This document shows positions 40,024-53,233 of a stretch of 62,465 bases of DNA, in pieces. Position 1 is the first letter of the stretch. Every line of letters begins with the position of its first letter. The DNA comes from an uncultured Rhodospirillales bacterium (GTDB lineage Bacteria; Pseudomonadota; Alphaproteobacteria; Rhodospirillales; CAJXLG01): contig CAJXLG010000001.1 of assembly GCA_913055885.1 (NCBI GenBank), positions 1-62,465 on the forward strand, written 5' to 3'. A program made the position numbers and the translations under genes. Under the pieces are notes generated by a model. The model was not told the origin of the DNA. It saw only the letters and a list, made by a program, of their open reading frames with translations, and did no database searches.

Positions 40024-40580
40024 CCACGCCGCTGCGCCCCGGCTTCTGGCGCGACACCCCGCTCGCCGACATGACGCAGGCGGAATGGGAGGCCGTGTGC
40101 GACGGCTGCGGCAAGTGCTGCCTGCACAAGCTGGAGGACGCGGACACGGGCCACATCGTGCACACCGAGGTGGCGTGCCGCTATCTCGACGTCCGCACAT
40201 GCACGTGCACGGAGTACGAACGGCGCGGCACGGTGAATCCGGAGTGCGTCCAGCTCACCCCGGACGAGGCGGCGACGCTGCGCTGGCTGCCGCCCACCTG
40301 CGCCTACCGCCTGCTGGCGCGGGGCGAGCCGCTGCCCTGGTGGCATCCCCTGGTGGCGGGGGACGAACAGGCGGTGCACCGCGCCGGGGCCTCCGTGTGC
40401 GGTCATGGCATGGCCGAGCCCGGCCTGCTCGCCACCCTGCGCGCGGCCTGGTCGGGCGGCCGGCGCCGGGCCCTGCGCGAGGACGAGGCGGGCGACCTGG
40501 AGGACCACATCGTCGATTGGCCGGAGGACGAGACGGTGGACGATTTCCCGCCGCCCGACGACGGGGAGGGCGGCGCATGA
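40020..40580 (+). CDS. YcgN family cysteine-cluster protein
   Basis: EWEAVCDGCGKCCLHKLED, WLPPTCAYR, WHPL. Confidence 0.9.
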   Translation: MTTPLRPGFWRDTPLADMTQAEWEAVCDGCGKCCLHKLEDADTGHIVHTEVACRYLDVRTCTCTEYERRGTVNPECVQLTPDEAATLRWLPPTCAYRLLARGEPLPWWHPLVAGDEQAVHRAGASVCGHGMAEPGLLATLRAAWSGGRRRALREDEAGDLEDHIVDWPEDETVDDFPPPDDGEGGA

Positions 40581-41506
40581 GCCTCCCCCGGCCGTCGGTC
40601 CTCGCCGCCGCGCCCACCCCCCTGGCCGCCGACCTGGCGCCCGATGCCGCCGGCCTGGCGGCCCACGTCACGGCCCTGCTGGCGCAGGGGCTGGACGGCG
40701 TCCTGGTGCTCGGCACCACGGGCGAGGGGCCGTCGTTCAGCGTGGACGAACGCCTGGGCGTGCTCGACGGGCTGGCGGCGGCCGGCGCGCCCTTCCACCG
40801 GCTTCTCGTCGCCACCGGCTGCCCCGCCGTGCCCGATACGGTGCGCCTGTCGCGGCACGCCCTGGCCCTGGGGGCCGCCGGAACCGTCGTGCTGCCGCCC
40901 TATTATTATGCCGGCGTCGATACGGAAGGCCTGTACGCCGCTTACAGCCGCATCATCGAGGGCGTCGGCCACGACGGGGCGTGGCTCTATCTGTACAATT
41001 TCCCCTACCACACGGGCCTTGCCCTGGAGCACGACCTGATCGAGCGGCTGGTCACCACCTATCCCGATACCGTCGGGGGCCTGAAGGACAGCTCGGGCGA
41101 CCTGGACGGCATGCGGCTGCTCACCCGGGCCTTCCCCCGGCTGCGCGTCTTCAGCGGCAGCGACCGCCACCTGCGGCGGCTGGTGAGTGCCGGCGGCGGG
41201 GGCAGCATCACCGCCCTCAACACCGTGGCCGGCGACCTCTCCGCCGCCGTGCGCGACGCCCCGGAATCGGAGGCCGCGGTCGCGGCGCAGAACCGCCTGG
41301 ACGCCCTGCGCGACGTGTTCCGGGGGCTGCCCCTGACCGCCGCGCTCAAGGAGGCGGCGGTCCATGCCTCGTGGGATGCGGGCTGGCGGCGCGTGCGCCC
41401 GCCGTTGCGGCCGCTGACCCGTGACGAGATCGAAACGGTGCGCGCGCGCCTGGATGCGGGCGGCTTCCGCGCCCCGGCCACCCGCCTCGCCCCGGAGGCC
41501 CCATGA
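40577..41506 (+). CDS. Dihydrodipicolinate synthase family aldolase
   Basis: LGTTGEG, PPYY, LYNFP, GLKDSSGD. Confidence 0.88.
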   Translation: MSLPRPSVLAAAPTPLAADLAPDAAGLAAHVTALLAQGLDGVLVLGTTGEGPSFSVDERLGVLDGLAAAGAPFHRLLVATGCPAVPDTVRLSRHALALGAAGTVVLPPYYYAGVDTEGLYAAYSRIIEGVGHDGAWLYLYNFPYHTGLALEHDLIERLVTTYPDTVGGLKDSSGDLDGMRLLTRAFPRLRVFSGSDRHLRRLVSAGGGGSITALNTVAGDLSAAVRDAPESEAAVAAQNRLDALRDVFRGLPLTAALKEAAVHASWDAGWRRVRPPLRPLTRDEIETVRARLDAGGFRAPATRLAPEAP

Positions 41507-42216
41507 ACACCCGGGCAACGCAGCACGAACTGGCGGTGAACGGGCGCAGCGTGCCGCTTGTGGTGCGGCGGCACAAACAGGCGCGCCGGCTCGCCCTGCG
41601 TCTGGATGCGGGAGGCGAGCATCTGGTGCTCACCCTGCCGCCCGGGGTGCCGGAGGCGGAGGGGCTGCGTTTCGCCCGCCGCCACACGGGCTGGGCGGCG
41701 TCGTGCCTGGCGCGGCAGGCGCCGCGCGTGCCCTTCGCCGACGGGGCCGAGGTGCCCTTCATGGGGACGCCCCACACCATCCGGCACGACCCCGGGGCAC
41801 GCGGCGGGGTGTGGGCGGCCGACGGCGTCATCACGGTGGCGGGCCGGGCCGAGCACGTGCAGCGCCGCGTCACCGACTGGCTGCGCGAGCAGGCGCGCCG
41901 CGAGGGCCGCCGCCGCGCCGACGCGGTGGCCGACCGCCTGGGGGCGCACGTGGCCCGGGTGAGCATCCGCGACACCCGAAGCCGCTGGGGAAGCTGCTCG
42001 TCGAAGGGGAACCTGAACCTGTGCTGGCGGCTCATTATGGCCCCGGAATGGGTTTTCCAGTACGTGGTGGTGCATGAGGTGGCCCACCTGCGCGAGCCCA
42101 ACCACAGTGCCCGTTTCTGGCGGGTGGTGCGCGACCTGGGCGGCGACCCCGAACCGGCGCGGGCGTGGCTGAACCAGCACGGCCGCGAGCTGCACCGCTA
42201 CGGGCCGGCGCCGTGA
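41503..42216 (+). CDS. M48/DUF45 (YgjP-like) zinc metallohydrolase
   Basis: SRWGSCS, YVVVHEVAHL...NHS..FW. Confidence 0.9.
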   Translation: MNTRATQHELAVNGRSVPLVVRRHKQARRLALRLDAGGEHLVLTLPPGVPEAEGLRFARRHTGWAASCLARQAPRVPFADGAEVPFMGTPHTIRHDPGARGGVWAADGVITVAGRAEHVQRRVTDWLREQARREGRRRADAVADRLGAHVARVSIRDTRSRWGSCSSKGNLNLCWRLIMAPEWVFQYVVVHEVAHLREPNHSARFWRVVRDLGGDPEPARAWLNQHGRELHRYGPAP

Positions 42217-43424
42217 GCGGCCGGGCGGCGCCGCGTCCCGCCCTGCTGGTGGTCCTCACGGGCCTGGTGGCGGTGGGGCCGGTGAGCACGGACCTCTACC
42301 TGCCGTCCCTGCCCCGCATGACCGAGGCCTTCGACACCAGCGTGGGGGCGGTGCAGCTCACCCTCTCCGCCTTCCTGGCCGGCTTCGCCCTGGCCATGCT
42401 CATCCACGGACCGCTGTCCGATCGTTTCGGCCGCCGGCCGGTGCTGCTGGGGGGCCTGACGCTTTACGTGGCGGCCTCGGGGGCGTGCCTGGTGGCGCCC
42501 GGCATGCCGGCGCTCATCGGCGCCCGTTTCGTGCAGGCGCTTGGGGCATGCGCGGGGCCTGTGGTCGGGCGGGCCGTGGTGCGCGATCTGTACGATCCGA
42601 AGGGGGCGGCGCGCGCCCTTTCCTTCATGAGTTCGGCCATGGCCCTGGCGCCCCTGGCGGCGCCCATCCTGGGCGGCTGGCTGCACACCTGGTTCGGCTG
42701 GCAGGCCAATTTCGCCGCCCTGGTGCTTTTCGGCACGGCGCTCCTGGTGGCGGCGCTGGCGCTCTTGCCGGAGACCAACACGGCGACGGATCCCGACGCC
42801 CTCGATCCGGGACGCATGGCCGCCAACTACAGGACCCTGCTGGCCCATCCCGGCTACCTGGGCCACACCCTTTGTGTCGCCTTCGCCTTCGGCGGCCTCT
42901 TTGCCTTCATCTCCGGGGCCTCCTTCGTTTTCGTCGATGTCCTGGGCGTGGCGCCGGAGAATTTCGGCTTCTGTTTCGCCACCGTGGTGGCCGGCTATGT
43001 GGCGGGGACGTTCGGTTCCGGCCGCTGGGGCGGGCGCATCGGCCACGACCACCTGCTGCGCGCCGGCACGGCCCTCCAGGTGGCGGCCGGCGTCGTCGGC
43101 GCCGGGCTGGCCTGGTACGGTGTGCCCGGCGTGGCGCCGGTGCTGGGGCCGCTCGCCCTGTTCTTCCTGGGCACGGGGTTCGTCCTGCCCAACGCCATGG
43201 CGGGGGCCCTGGCGCCCTTTCCCGCCATCGCCGGCGCGGCCTCGGCCCTTCTGGGCTTCCTCCAGATGACCGTCGGGGGCCTCGCGGGGGCCGCCGTGGG
43301 CCACCTGCACGACGGCACGACACTACCCATGACGGCCACCATCGCCGCCATGGCCGTGGCCGCCTTCATCCTGTACCGCGCGGTGGCGCGGCGGGGCCTT
43401 GCCGCGATGGCCGATTCGCGGTAG
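42213..43424 (+). CDS. Bcr/CflA family MFS efflux transporter
   Basis: STDLYLPSLP, GPLSDRFGRRP, RAVVRD, LPET. Confidence 0.92.
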   Translation: MSGRAAPRPALLVVLTGLVAVGPVSTDLYLPSLPRMTEAFDTSVGAVQLTLSAFLAGFALAMLIHGPLSDRFGRRPVLLGGLTLYVAASGACLVAPGMPALIGARFVQALGACAGPVVGRAVVRDLYDPKGAARALSFMSSAMALAPLAAPILGGWLHTWFGWQANFAALVLFGTALLVAALALLPETNTATDPDALDPGRMAANYRTLLAHPGYLGHTLCVAFAFGGLFAFISGASFVFVDVLGVAPENFGFCFATVVAGYVAGTFGSGRWGGRIGHDHLLRAGTALQVAAGVVGAGLAWYGVPGVAPVLGPLALFFLGTGFVLPNAMAGALAPFPAIAGAASALLGFLQMTVGGLAGAAVGHLHDGTTLPMTATIAAMAVAAFILYRAVARRGLAAMADSR

Positions 43425-43433
43425 GGAAGAGGC

Positions 43434-44048
43434 ATGGCGGAGCATCTGCTTTTCGACAGCCTGGCGTGTGCGAAGCGGTTGCGGGAGGCCGGCTTTACCG
43501 ACCAGCAGGCCGAGGCCCTCGCCGAGGAGCAGCAGCATCTGCTGGAAGGCCGGATCGCCACCCGGGCGGACGTCGAATCCCTGCATCAGGACATCGAGGC
43601 CCTGCGCACCCAGATGCGCGAGGGGGACGCGGCCCTGCGCGAGGAGATCGATTCCCTGCGCACCGAGGTGCGCGAGGGGGACGCGGCGCTGCGCGAGGAG
43701 ATCGATTCCCTGCGCACCGAGGTGCGCGGGGGGGACGCGGCCCTGCGCGAAGAGGTGAAGGCGGGCGACGCAGCGCTGCGCGAGGAGGTCGATTCCTTGC
43801 GCACCGAGATGCGCGAGGGGGACGCGGCGCTGCGCGAGGAGGTGAAGGCGGGCGACGCAGCGCTGCGCGAGGAGATGAAAGCCGGTGACGCGGCCCTGCA
43901 CGACCGGATCACGGAACTGGAACGGACGCTCCAGGCGGACATGGATACCAAGCTGGCCGCCCTGGAGGCCCGGCTCATGGCGCGTGGCGGCGCGGCCCTG
44001 GTGGCCGCCCTCGGCGTGCTCTTTGCGGCCTTGCGCCTCACGGGCTGA
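43434..44048 (+). CDS. DUF1640/CCDC90-like coiled-coil protein with C-terminal membrane anchor
   Basis: FDSL..AKRLREAGFT.QQAEALA head, IATRAD neck, repetitive stalk, terminal hydrophobic helix. Confidence 0.8.
   Translation: MAEHLLFDSLACAKRLREAGFTDQQAEALAEEQQHLLEGRIATRADVESLHQDIEALRTQMREGDAALREEIDSLRTEVREGDAALREEIDSLRTEVRGGDAALREEVKAGDAALREEVDSLRTEMREGDAALREEVKAGDAALREEMKAGDAALHDRITELERTLQADMDTKLAALEARLMARGGAALVAALGVLFAALRLTG
43623..43900 (+). repeat. In-frame coding tandem repeats (54-nt and 33-nt units)
   Basis: Seven GDAAL-encoding units spaced 18,18,11,18,11,11 codons. Confidence 0.9.
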
Positions 44049-44062
44049 CCCGCGCGTCCCGC

Positions 44063-46087
44063 CTACTCCCCCAGGGACCGGATGAGGCGTTCCACCAGGC
44101 CGTCCCCGCCGTCGCCTTCGTCGGCCGGCGCGGCCGCGTCCGCCTGTTGTGTGGCGCGCACGCCCGGAATGGGTCTGGGCGGCAGGCCCTTGTGGGCCGC
44201 CGTCATGATGCGCTTCCACAGCTTCGCCGGGAGCCCGCCGCCCACCACGCCGTCCGTGGGATGGCCGTCGTCGTTGCCCAGCCACACGCCGGCCACATAG
44301 TGGCCCGTGAAGCCGACGAACCAGGCATCCCGCGACTCCTGGCTGGTGCCCGTCTTGCCGGCGGCGGCCCGGCCCGGCAGGGCGGCGTTGTGCCCCGTGC
44401 CCCGCTGCACCACGGCGTGCAGCATGCGGTTCATGCGCCGCGCCCGGCCCTTTTCGATCACGCGGCCCGGTCCGCTTCCGGAACGGTCGTACAGGACCTT
44501 GCCGCCGGGGGTCTGGATGCGCGTGATGCCGTGGGCCCAGGCGCCCCGGCCGCCGGAGGCGAAGGCGGCGTAGGCGGTCGTGAGGTCCAACAGGGTCACC
44601 TCCGACGTGCCCAGGGCCAGACTGGGGTGCACGTCGAGGTGGGTGTCGATACCCAGGCGGCGCGCCGTGTCCGCCACGGTCTCCCAGCCGGCGCGGCGGC
44701 CGACGCGCACGGCCACGGTGTTGCGCGAATGGACCAGGCCGTTGCGCAGGGTCACCGGCCCGGCGTACTCGCCGGAGAAGTTCTGTGGCGACCAGCCGTC
44801 GATGGTGATGGGGGCGTCGCGCACGGTGCTGCCCGGCTTCAGGCCCGCTTCCAGCCCGGCCAGGTAGACGAAGGGCTTGAAGGCGGAGCCCGGCTGTCGC
44901 CGCGCCTGGGTGGCGCGGTTGTAGGGGCTGCGGGCGTAGGAACGGCCGCCCACCAGGGCGCGCACGGCGCCGTCGGGTTCCATGACCACCACGGCGCCCT
45001 GGCCCACATCACGCTTGTCGCCCTGGCGGCGCAGCAGGCCTTTGAGCTGGCGGCGCGCCACGCCTTGCAGCCCCGTATCCAGGGTGGTGGCCACCACCAG
45101 GTCGCGCGCCCGCCGGCCCACGTAGGAATCCACGTGCTCCAGCACCCAGTCGGCGAAATAGCGGCCGGAATCGCTGTCCTTCACGGCCACGGCCCGCCCG
45201 GCCAGGGCGCGGCGCTTTTGTTTTTCGGTGATGGCGCCCACGGCCACCATGTTTTCGAGCACGACGGCGGCGCGCTCCCTGGCCAGCTTGCGGCTGTTGA
45301 TGGGGTTGTAGCGCGACGGTGCCTTGGGCAGGCCGGCCAGGATGGCGGCCTGACGCAGGGTGACCTTGCGCGCCGACTTGCCGAAATATTTCTGCGCCGC
45401 CGCCTCCACGCCGTAGGTGCCGGCGCCCATGTAGATGCGGTTCAGGTAGAGCTGAAGGATCTTGTCCTTGGAATACTTGGCCTCCAGCCAGAAGGCGAGG
45501 AGAAGCTCCTGCACCTTGCGTTTCAGGGTCTGTTTCGGTGACAGGAAGAGGTTCTTGGCGAGCTGCTGGGTGATGGTGCTGCCGCCCTGGACGATGCGGC
45601 CCGCCTCGATATTGGCGACGAGGGCGCGCGCCAGGCCGATGGGGTCCACGCCGAAGTGGCTGTAGAAGCGCCGGTCCTCCGTCGCCAGGAGCGCCCTGGG
45701 CAGGTAGTCGGGCAGGGCATCCAGCGACACCCGTTCGCCGTAGAGGTCGCCGTACTCGGCGATGGAGTCGCCGCCGGCGGCCTTCAGCACCACGGAGGGC
45801 GCGCGCGTTGCCGTGGTGGCCGTGTCGATGCGGGGCAGGTCAAGGGCGTAATAGCCGGTAAGCAGGACGAGGGCGACGACCCCCCAGACCCCGAGGGTCA
45901 GGGCCCACTTGAACACGCCCGCGACGATGCGGCGGGGACGGGAACGCCCGCCGCCGGCCGGGGCGCCCTTTCCGGCGGCGGCCCGCCGGCCGCCCCGGTT
46001 GCCGCGGCGCCCGCCACTGCCGCCGCCGCGGCCTTTCTGATGGGTACGGCCCTGATGGGCACGGCGCTTGCGGCCGCTCATGGTCAT
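44063..46087 (-). CDS. Class A penicillin-binding protein (PBP1A family)
   Basis: EDRRFYSHFGVD, GGSTITQQLAKN, RKVQE; transpeptidase SAFK, SRN, KTG. Confidence 0.94.
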   Translation of the reverse strand: MTMSGRKRRAHQGRTHQKGRGGGSGGRRGNRGGRRAAAGKGAPAGGGRSRPRRIVAGVFKWALTLGVWGVVALVLLTGYYALDLPRIDTATTATRAPSVVLKAAGGDSIAEYGDLYGERVSLDALPDYLPRALLATEDRRFYSHFGVDPIGLARALVANIEAGRIVQGGSTITQQLAKNLFLSPKQTLKRKVQELLLAFWLEAKYSKDKILQLYLNRIYMGAGTYGVEAAAQKYFGKSARKVTLRQAAILAGLPKAPSRYNPINSRKLARERAAVVLENMVAVGAITEKQKRRALAGRAVAVKDSDSGRYFADWVLEHVDSYVGRRARDLVVATTLDTGLQGVARRQLKGLLRRQGDKRDVGQGAVVVMEPDGAVRALVGGRSYARSPYNRATQARRQPGSAFKPFVYLAGLEAGLKPGSTVRDAPITIDGWSPQNFSGEYAGPVTLRNGLVHSRNTVAVRVGRRAGWETVADTARRLGIDTHLDVHPSLALGTSEVTLLDLTTAYAAFASGGRGAWAHGITRIQTPGGKVLYDRSGSGPGRVIEKGRARRMNRMLHAVVQRGTGHNAALPGRAAAGKTGTSQESRDAWFVGFTGHYVAGVWLGNDDGHPTDGVVGGGLPAKLWKRIMTAAHKGLPPRPIPGVRATQQADAAAPADEGDGGDGLVERLIRSLGE

Positions 46088-46146
46088 GCCCCGTGGTTTT
46101 GGGCTATACAGGGCGGGAGACCCATTCGCGCAAGGACCCGCCCGCC

Positions 46147-46422
46147 ATGACCAACGACGCCACGGAGTCCCTCACCCTGGACCTGCCGCGGACGCTGCGC
46201 GAGCGCCTGGAGCGCGTCGCCGAGCGTCTGGAGCGCACGCCCGGCGACTGCGTTCAGATGGCGCTCACGGAGTTCCTCGATACGTGGGAGGACCACCTGA
46301 ACGACGTGGACCGGCTGCGCGAGGGCGAGGAACGGCCGCGTTTGGAGGGCGGCGAGGTGCGCGCTCTCATGGACCCGCCCGACGGTCCGGACGCGGACGG
46401 CGGTGGCGGCGACGGCGGCTGA
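46147..46422 (+). CDS. Small ribbon-helix-helix (CopG-like) protein
   Basis: LTLDLP..LRERLERVA..LERT...VQMALTEFL beta-alpha-alpha pattern; acidic tail. Confidence 0.6.
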   Translation: MTNDATESLTLDLPRTLRERLERVAERLERTPGDCVQMALTEFLDTWEDHLNDVDRLREGEERPRLEGGEVRALMDPPDGPDADGGGGDGG

Positions 46423-46523
46423 CCCGGAGCCTTTTCCGATCGCATTGGATCGGGAAAGACGACAAGAGCGCGACTGCGCGCCGCCCCGGTCAGGGGCGAA
46501 AGCCCGCGTGGCGACTGAACGCG

Positions 46524-46552
46524 CGTTCAAACGGGCTTCGCCCGTTTGAACG
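46524..46552. other. Perfect 13-bp inverted repeat just past the gyrB stop
   Basis: CGTTCAAACGGGC-TTC-GCCCGTTTGAACG. Confidence 0.7.
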
Positions 46553-46561
46553 AAAAATACT

Positions 46562-50194
<3,633 letters not shown>

Positions 50195-50198
<4 letters not shown>

Positions 50199-51313
50199 AC
50201 CCGCATCGGCATCAGGACATAGAGGGCGCCCATGTCGGCGGCGTCGCGCACGATGGTGGGCGCGCCGGCGTCGGCCAGGTCGAACCGGGCGTTGTCCCCG
50301 TCCACCTGTTGCAGGATTTCCAACAGGTATTTGGTGTTGAACCCGATTTCCAGCCCCTGGCCCTCGAACTCGGCTTCCAGGCTTTCGCTGGCGCTGCCCT
50401 GTTCCGGGCTGGACGCCGAAAGGGTGAGGCTGCCGGGCTCCATGGCCAGCTTGATGGCGCGCGACTTGTCGGACGAGATGGCCGACACCCGGTCCACGGC
50501 GCTGGCCAGCGCCTTGCGGTCCACCTTGAGGGCCTTGTCGTTGTTGTCGGGGATGACCCGCTGGTATTCGGGAAAGGTGCCGTCGATGAGCTTGGAGGTG
50601 AGCACGGCGTCCTGGAAGGCGAAGCGCACCTTGGTCTCCGACAGGTCCACGGTCACCGGCTCGTCCAGTTCGTCGATGAGCTTCCTGAGCTCGTTCACCG
50701 TCTTGCGCGGGATGATGACCCCTTCCAGCCCCTCGGCGCCCTCCGGGGCGGGCACCTCCACCTGCGCCAGCCGGTGGCCGTCGGTGGCCACGGCGCGCAG
50801 CACGGCGGTGGTGTCCGGCGTGGTGGTGTGCAGGAAGATGCCGTTAAGGTAGTAGCGCGTCTCCTCGGTGGAGATGGCGAAGCGGGTGCGGTCGATGAGG
50901 GTGCGCAGCTCGCCGCCCGCCAGCTCGAAGTGCACGGGCATCTCGCCGCCCGTCATCACCGGGAAATCCCCGGCCGGCAGGGTGGACAGGGTGAAGCGCG
51001 AGCGCCCCGCCGAGAGCACCAGCTCGCCCGCGTCGGGATCGGCGGCCAGCTCCACCTGGGCGCCGTCGGGCAGCTTGCGCACGATCTCGTAGAAGGTGTG
51101 GGCGGGCGCCGTGGTGCTGCCCTCCACGGCGACGTCGGCGGGCACCGTCTCGGCGATGTCCAGGTCCATGTCCGTGGCGTTCAGGCTCACGCCGCCGTCC
51201 TTGGTGGTGAGCTTGACGTTGCCCAGGATGGGAATGGTGGTGCGGCGCTCGACGACGCTCTGCACGTGGGCGAGGGATTTCAGCAGGGTGGCCCGCTCGA
51301 TGACAAACTTCAT
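50195..51313 (-). CDS. dnaN: DNA polymerase III beta sliding clamp
   Basis: [44 protein letters not shown]. Confidence 0.97.
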
Positions 51314-51426
51314 GGTGCGTCCGGCTGATTGGCAATGATGCGGCTTTCCGGCGCCCGCCGCCGCCCCGTCACCGGGGACGGGCCGGGCCGGCCTCCCGAT
51401 TCGCGAAGCCGGCAAACGGGGACGGC

Positions 51427-51454
51427 ATTATAACAAAGCGCGTAGAAATCCCAA
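51427..51454 (-). promoter_or_regulatory. Candidate dnaN promoter (extended -10)
   Basis: Minus strand TTGGGA-16 nt-TATAAT with TG-T immediately before the hexamer. Confidence 0.55.
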
Positions 51455-51485
51455 GGATGAACCGCGCGCCCGCGCGCCCGCGGGA

Positions 51486-52889
51486 TCAGTTCTGCAGCAT
51501 GCGCCTGAGGAGCGTGACGTCCTCGGACAGGGCCGGGTCCGTCTCCAGGAGCTTTTCCACCTTGCGCACGGCGTGCATGACGGTGGTGTGGTCGCGGCCG
51601 CCGAACTTGCGCCCGATCTCCGGCAGGGAGCGCGGCGTCAGGTGCTTGGCCAGGTACATGGCCACCTGCCGCGGCCGCGCCACGGAACGCGCCCGCCGCG
51701 CCGAGGCCATGTCGGCCACGCGCACGTGGAAGTGCTCGGCCACCTTTTTCTGGATCTCGTCGATGGTCACGCGGCGGTCGTTGGCGCGCAGGATGTCCGA
51801 CAGCACCTCCTGGGTGGTCTCCAGGGTGATGTCGCGGCCGACGAGCTGGGCGTGGGCGGCCACGCGGTTGAGCGCCCCTTCCAGCTCGCGGACGTTGTTG
51901 GTGATGCGGTGGGCCAGGAACTCGATCACCGGGCGCGGCACGGTGACGCCGAGCTGTTCCGCCTTGGATTCCAGGATGCCCAGGCGCAGCTCATAGGTGG
52001 TGGCGTGGATGTCGGCCACCAGCCCGCAGCCCAGCCGCGACTTCAGGCGCTCCTCCATGCCCTCCAGGTCGTTGGGCGACTTGTCGGCGGAGATGACCAC
52101 CTGCCGCCCCTGGTCCACCAGGGCGTTGAAGGTGTGGAAGAACTCTTCCTGGGTGGATTCCTTGCCGCTGATGAACTGCACGTCGTCCACCATGAGCACG
52201 TCCACGGAGCGGAACTGTTCCTTGAAGGCCATGGTGTCGTGCTGCCGGAGCGCCCGCACGAAGCGGTACATGAACTTCTCGGCCGACAGATAGAGCACCT
52301 GCCGCGACGGATCGCGCTCGCGGATGTCCCAGGCGATGGCGTGCATCAGGTGGGTCTTGCCCAGGCCCACGCCGCCGTACAGGAAGACGGGATTGAAGGC
52401 GGCGTTGTGGCCCTCGGCCACGCGGCACGCCGCGGCATAGGCGAATTCGTTGGGCTTGCCCACGACAAAGCGGTCGAAGGTGAAGCGCGGGTCGAGCGCG
52501 GCCCCCAGGTCCAGGGCGTCGTCCCCGGCCGTTTCCGATTCGCCGTCGCGGTCGCCACCGGCCGCCGGCGCGCCGGTGTCGTTGTCCGCCGGCGCCGGGG
52601 CGATGCCGGCGCCCGGCGCGTCCGCGCGCACCTCCACCTGGACATCCCGGACCTCGGGATTCTCGCCCGTCCACAGGGCGCGCAGGCGATCGGCGTAGTG
52701 GCCCTCCACGCGATCCCGCAGGAAGGGCGTGGGGACGGCCAGACGCACCAGCCCGTCGGCCACGTCCGTGAGCACCACCGGCTTCAGCCAGTTGCGAAAC
52801 GCGGCGTCCCCCACTTCACTGTGCAGGCGGGCCCGGACACGTTGCCACTGGGCCGCCAGGTCGGTAGTCGCGCTTTCCGCTGCGGTCAT
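51486..52889 (-). CDS. dnaA: Chromosomal replication initiator DnaA
   Basis: FTFDRFVVG..N, GGVGLGKTHL, DDVQF, RELEGA, GGRDHTTVMHA; start chosen from the AAGGAAG RBS. Confidence 0.97.
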   Translation of the reverse strand: MTAAESATTDLAAQWQRVRARLHSEVGDAAFRNWLKPVVLTDVADGLVRLAVPTPFLRDRVEGHYADRLRALWTGENPEVRDVQVEVRADAPGAGIAPAPADNDTGAPAAGGDRDGESETAGDDALDLGAALDPRFTFDRFVVGKPNEFAYAAACRVAEGHNAAFNPVFLYGGVGLGKTHLMHAIAWDIRERDPSRQVLYLSAEKFMYRFVRALRQHDTMAFKEQFRSVDVLMVDDVQFISGKESTQEEFFHTFNALVDQGRQVVISADKSPNDLEGMEERLKSRLGCGLVADIHATTYELRLGILESKAEQLGVTVPRPVIEFLAHRITNNVRELEGALNRVAAHAQLVGRDITLETTQEVLSDILRANDRRVTIDEIQKKVAEHFHVRVADMASARRARSVARPRQVAMYLAKHLTPRSLPEIGRKFGGRDHTTVMHAVRKVEKLLETDPALSEDVTLLRRMLQN

Positions 52890-53204
52890 GACTTCCTTTC
52901 CCATCAGCGGCGAACCCTCCCCCTGCCGGCAACTACCCGTACGCGCCGGCAAACCGGTTTTTACGACGATCCGTCGTTTCCGTCAGGTGATGATTGCCCC
53001 TGTCACCGGCCGCATCTGCCCCTGATCCGGCGCGTGACGGGCAAATGACAAAACGAAACTTACAAAACCAAAACAAATCGAAACAATTTTTTCAGGGCAC
53101 GGCTTGCAGTCCCGAGTGCGCCGGCGATTCGGTGTCGTGAGTGGCAACCCCCCTTTGTGCTGGCCTTTCCCTCTTTGGGACTTTTTCCGGCGCCTGCGGA
53201 TCGG

Positions 53205-53233
53205 ACTGTAGCGCCTGCCCCGCGCCGTGACAA
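53205..53233 (-). promoter_or_regulatory. Candidate dnaA sigma70 promoter
   Basis: Minus strand TTGTCA-17 nt-TACAGT. Confidence 0.55.

Noticed and set aside
43623..43900. Repeat array resembling CRISPR
   Set aside because: In-frame coding repeats, no unique spacers, no cas genes
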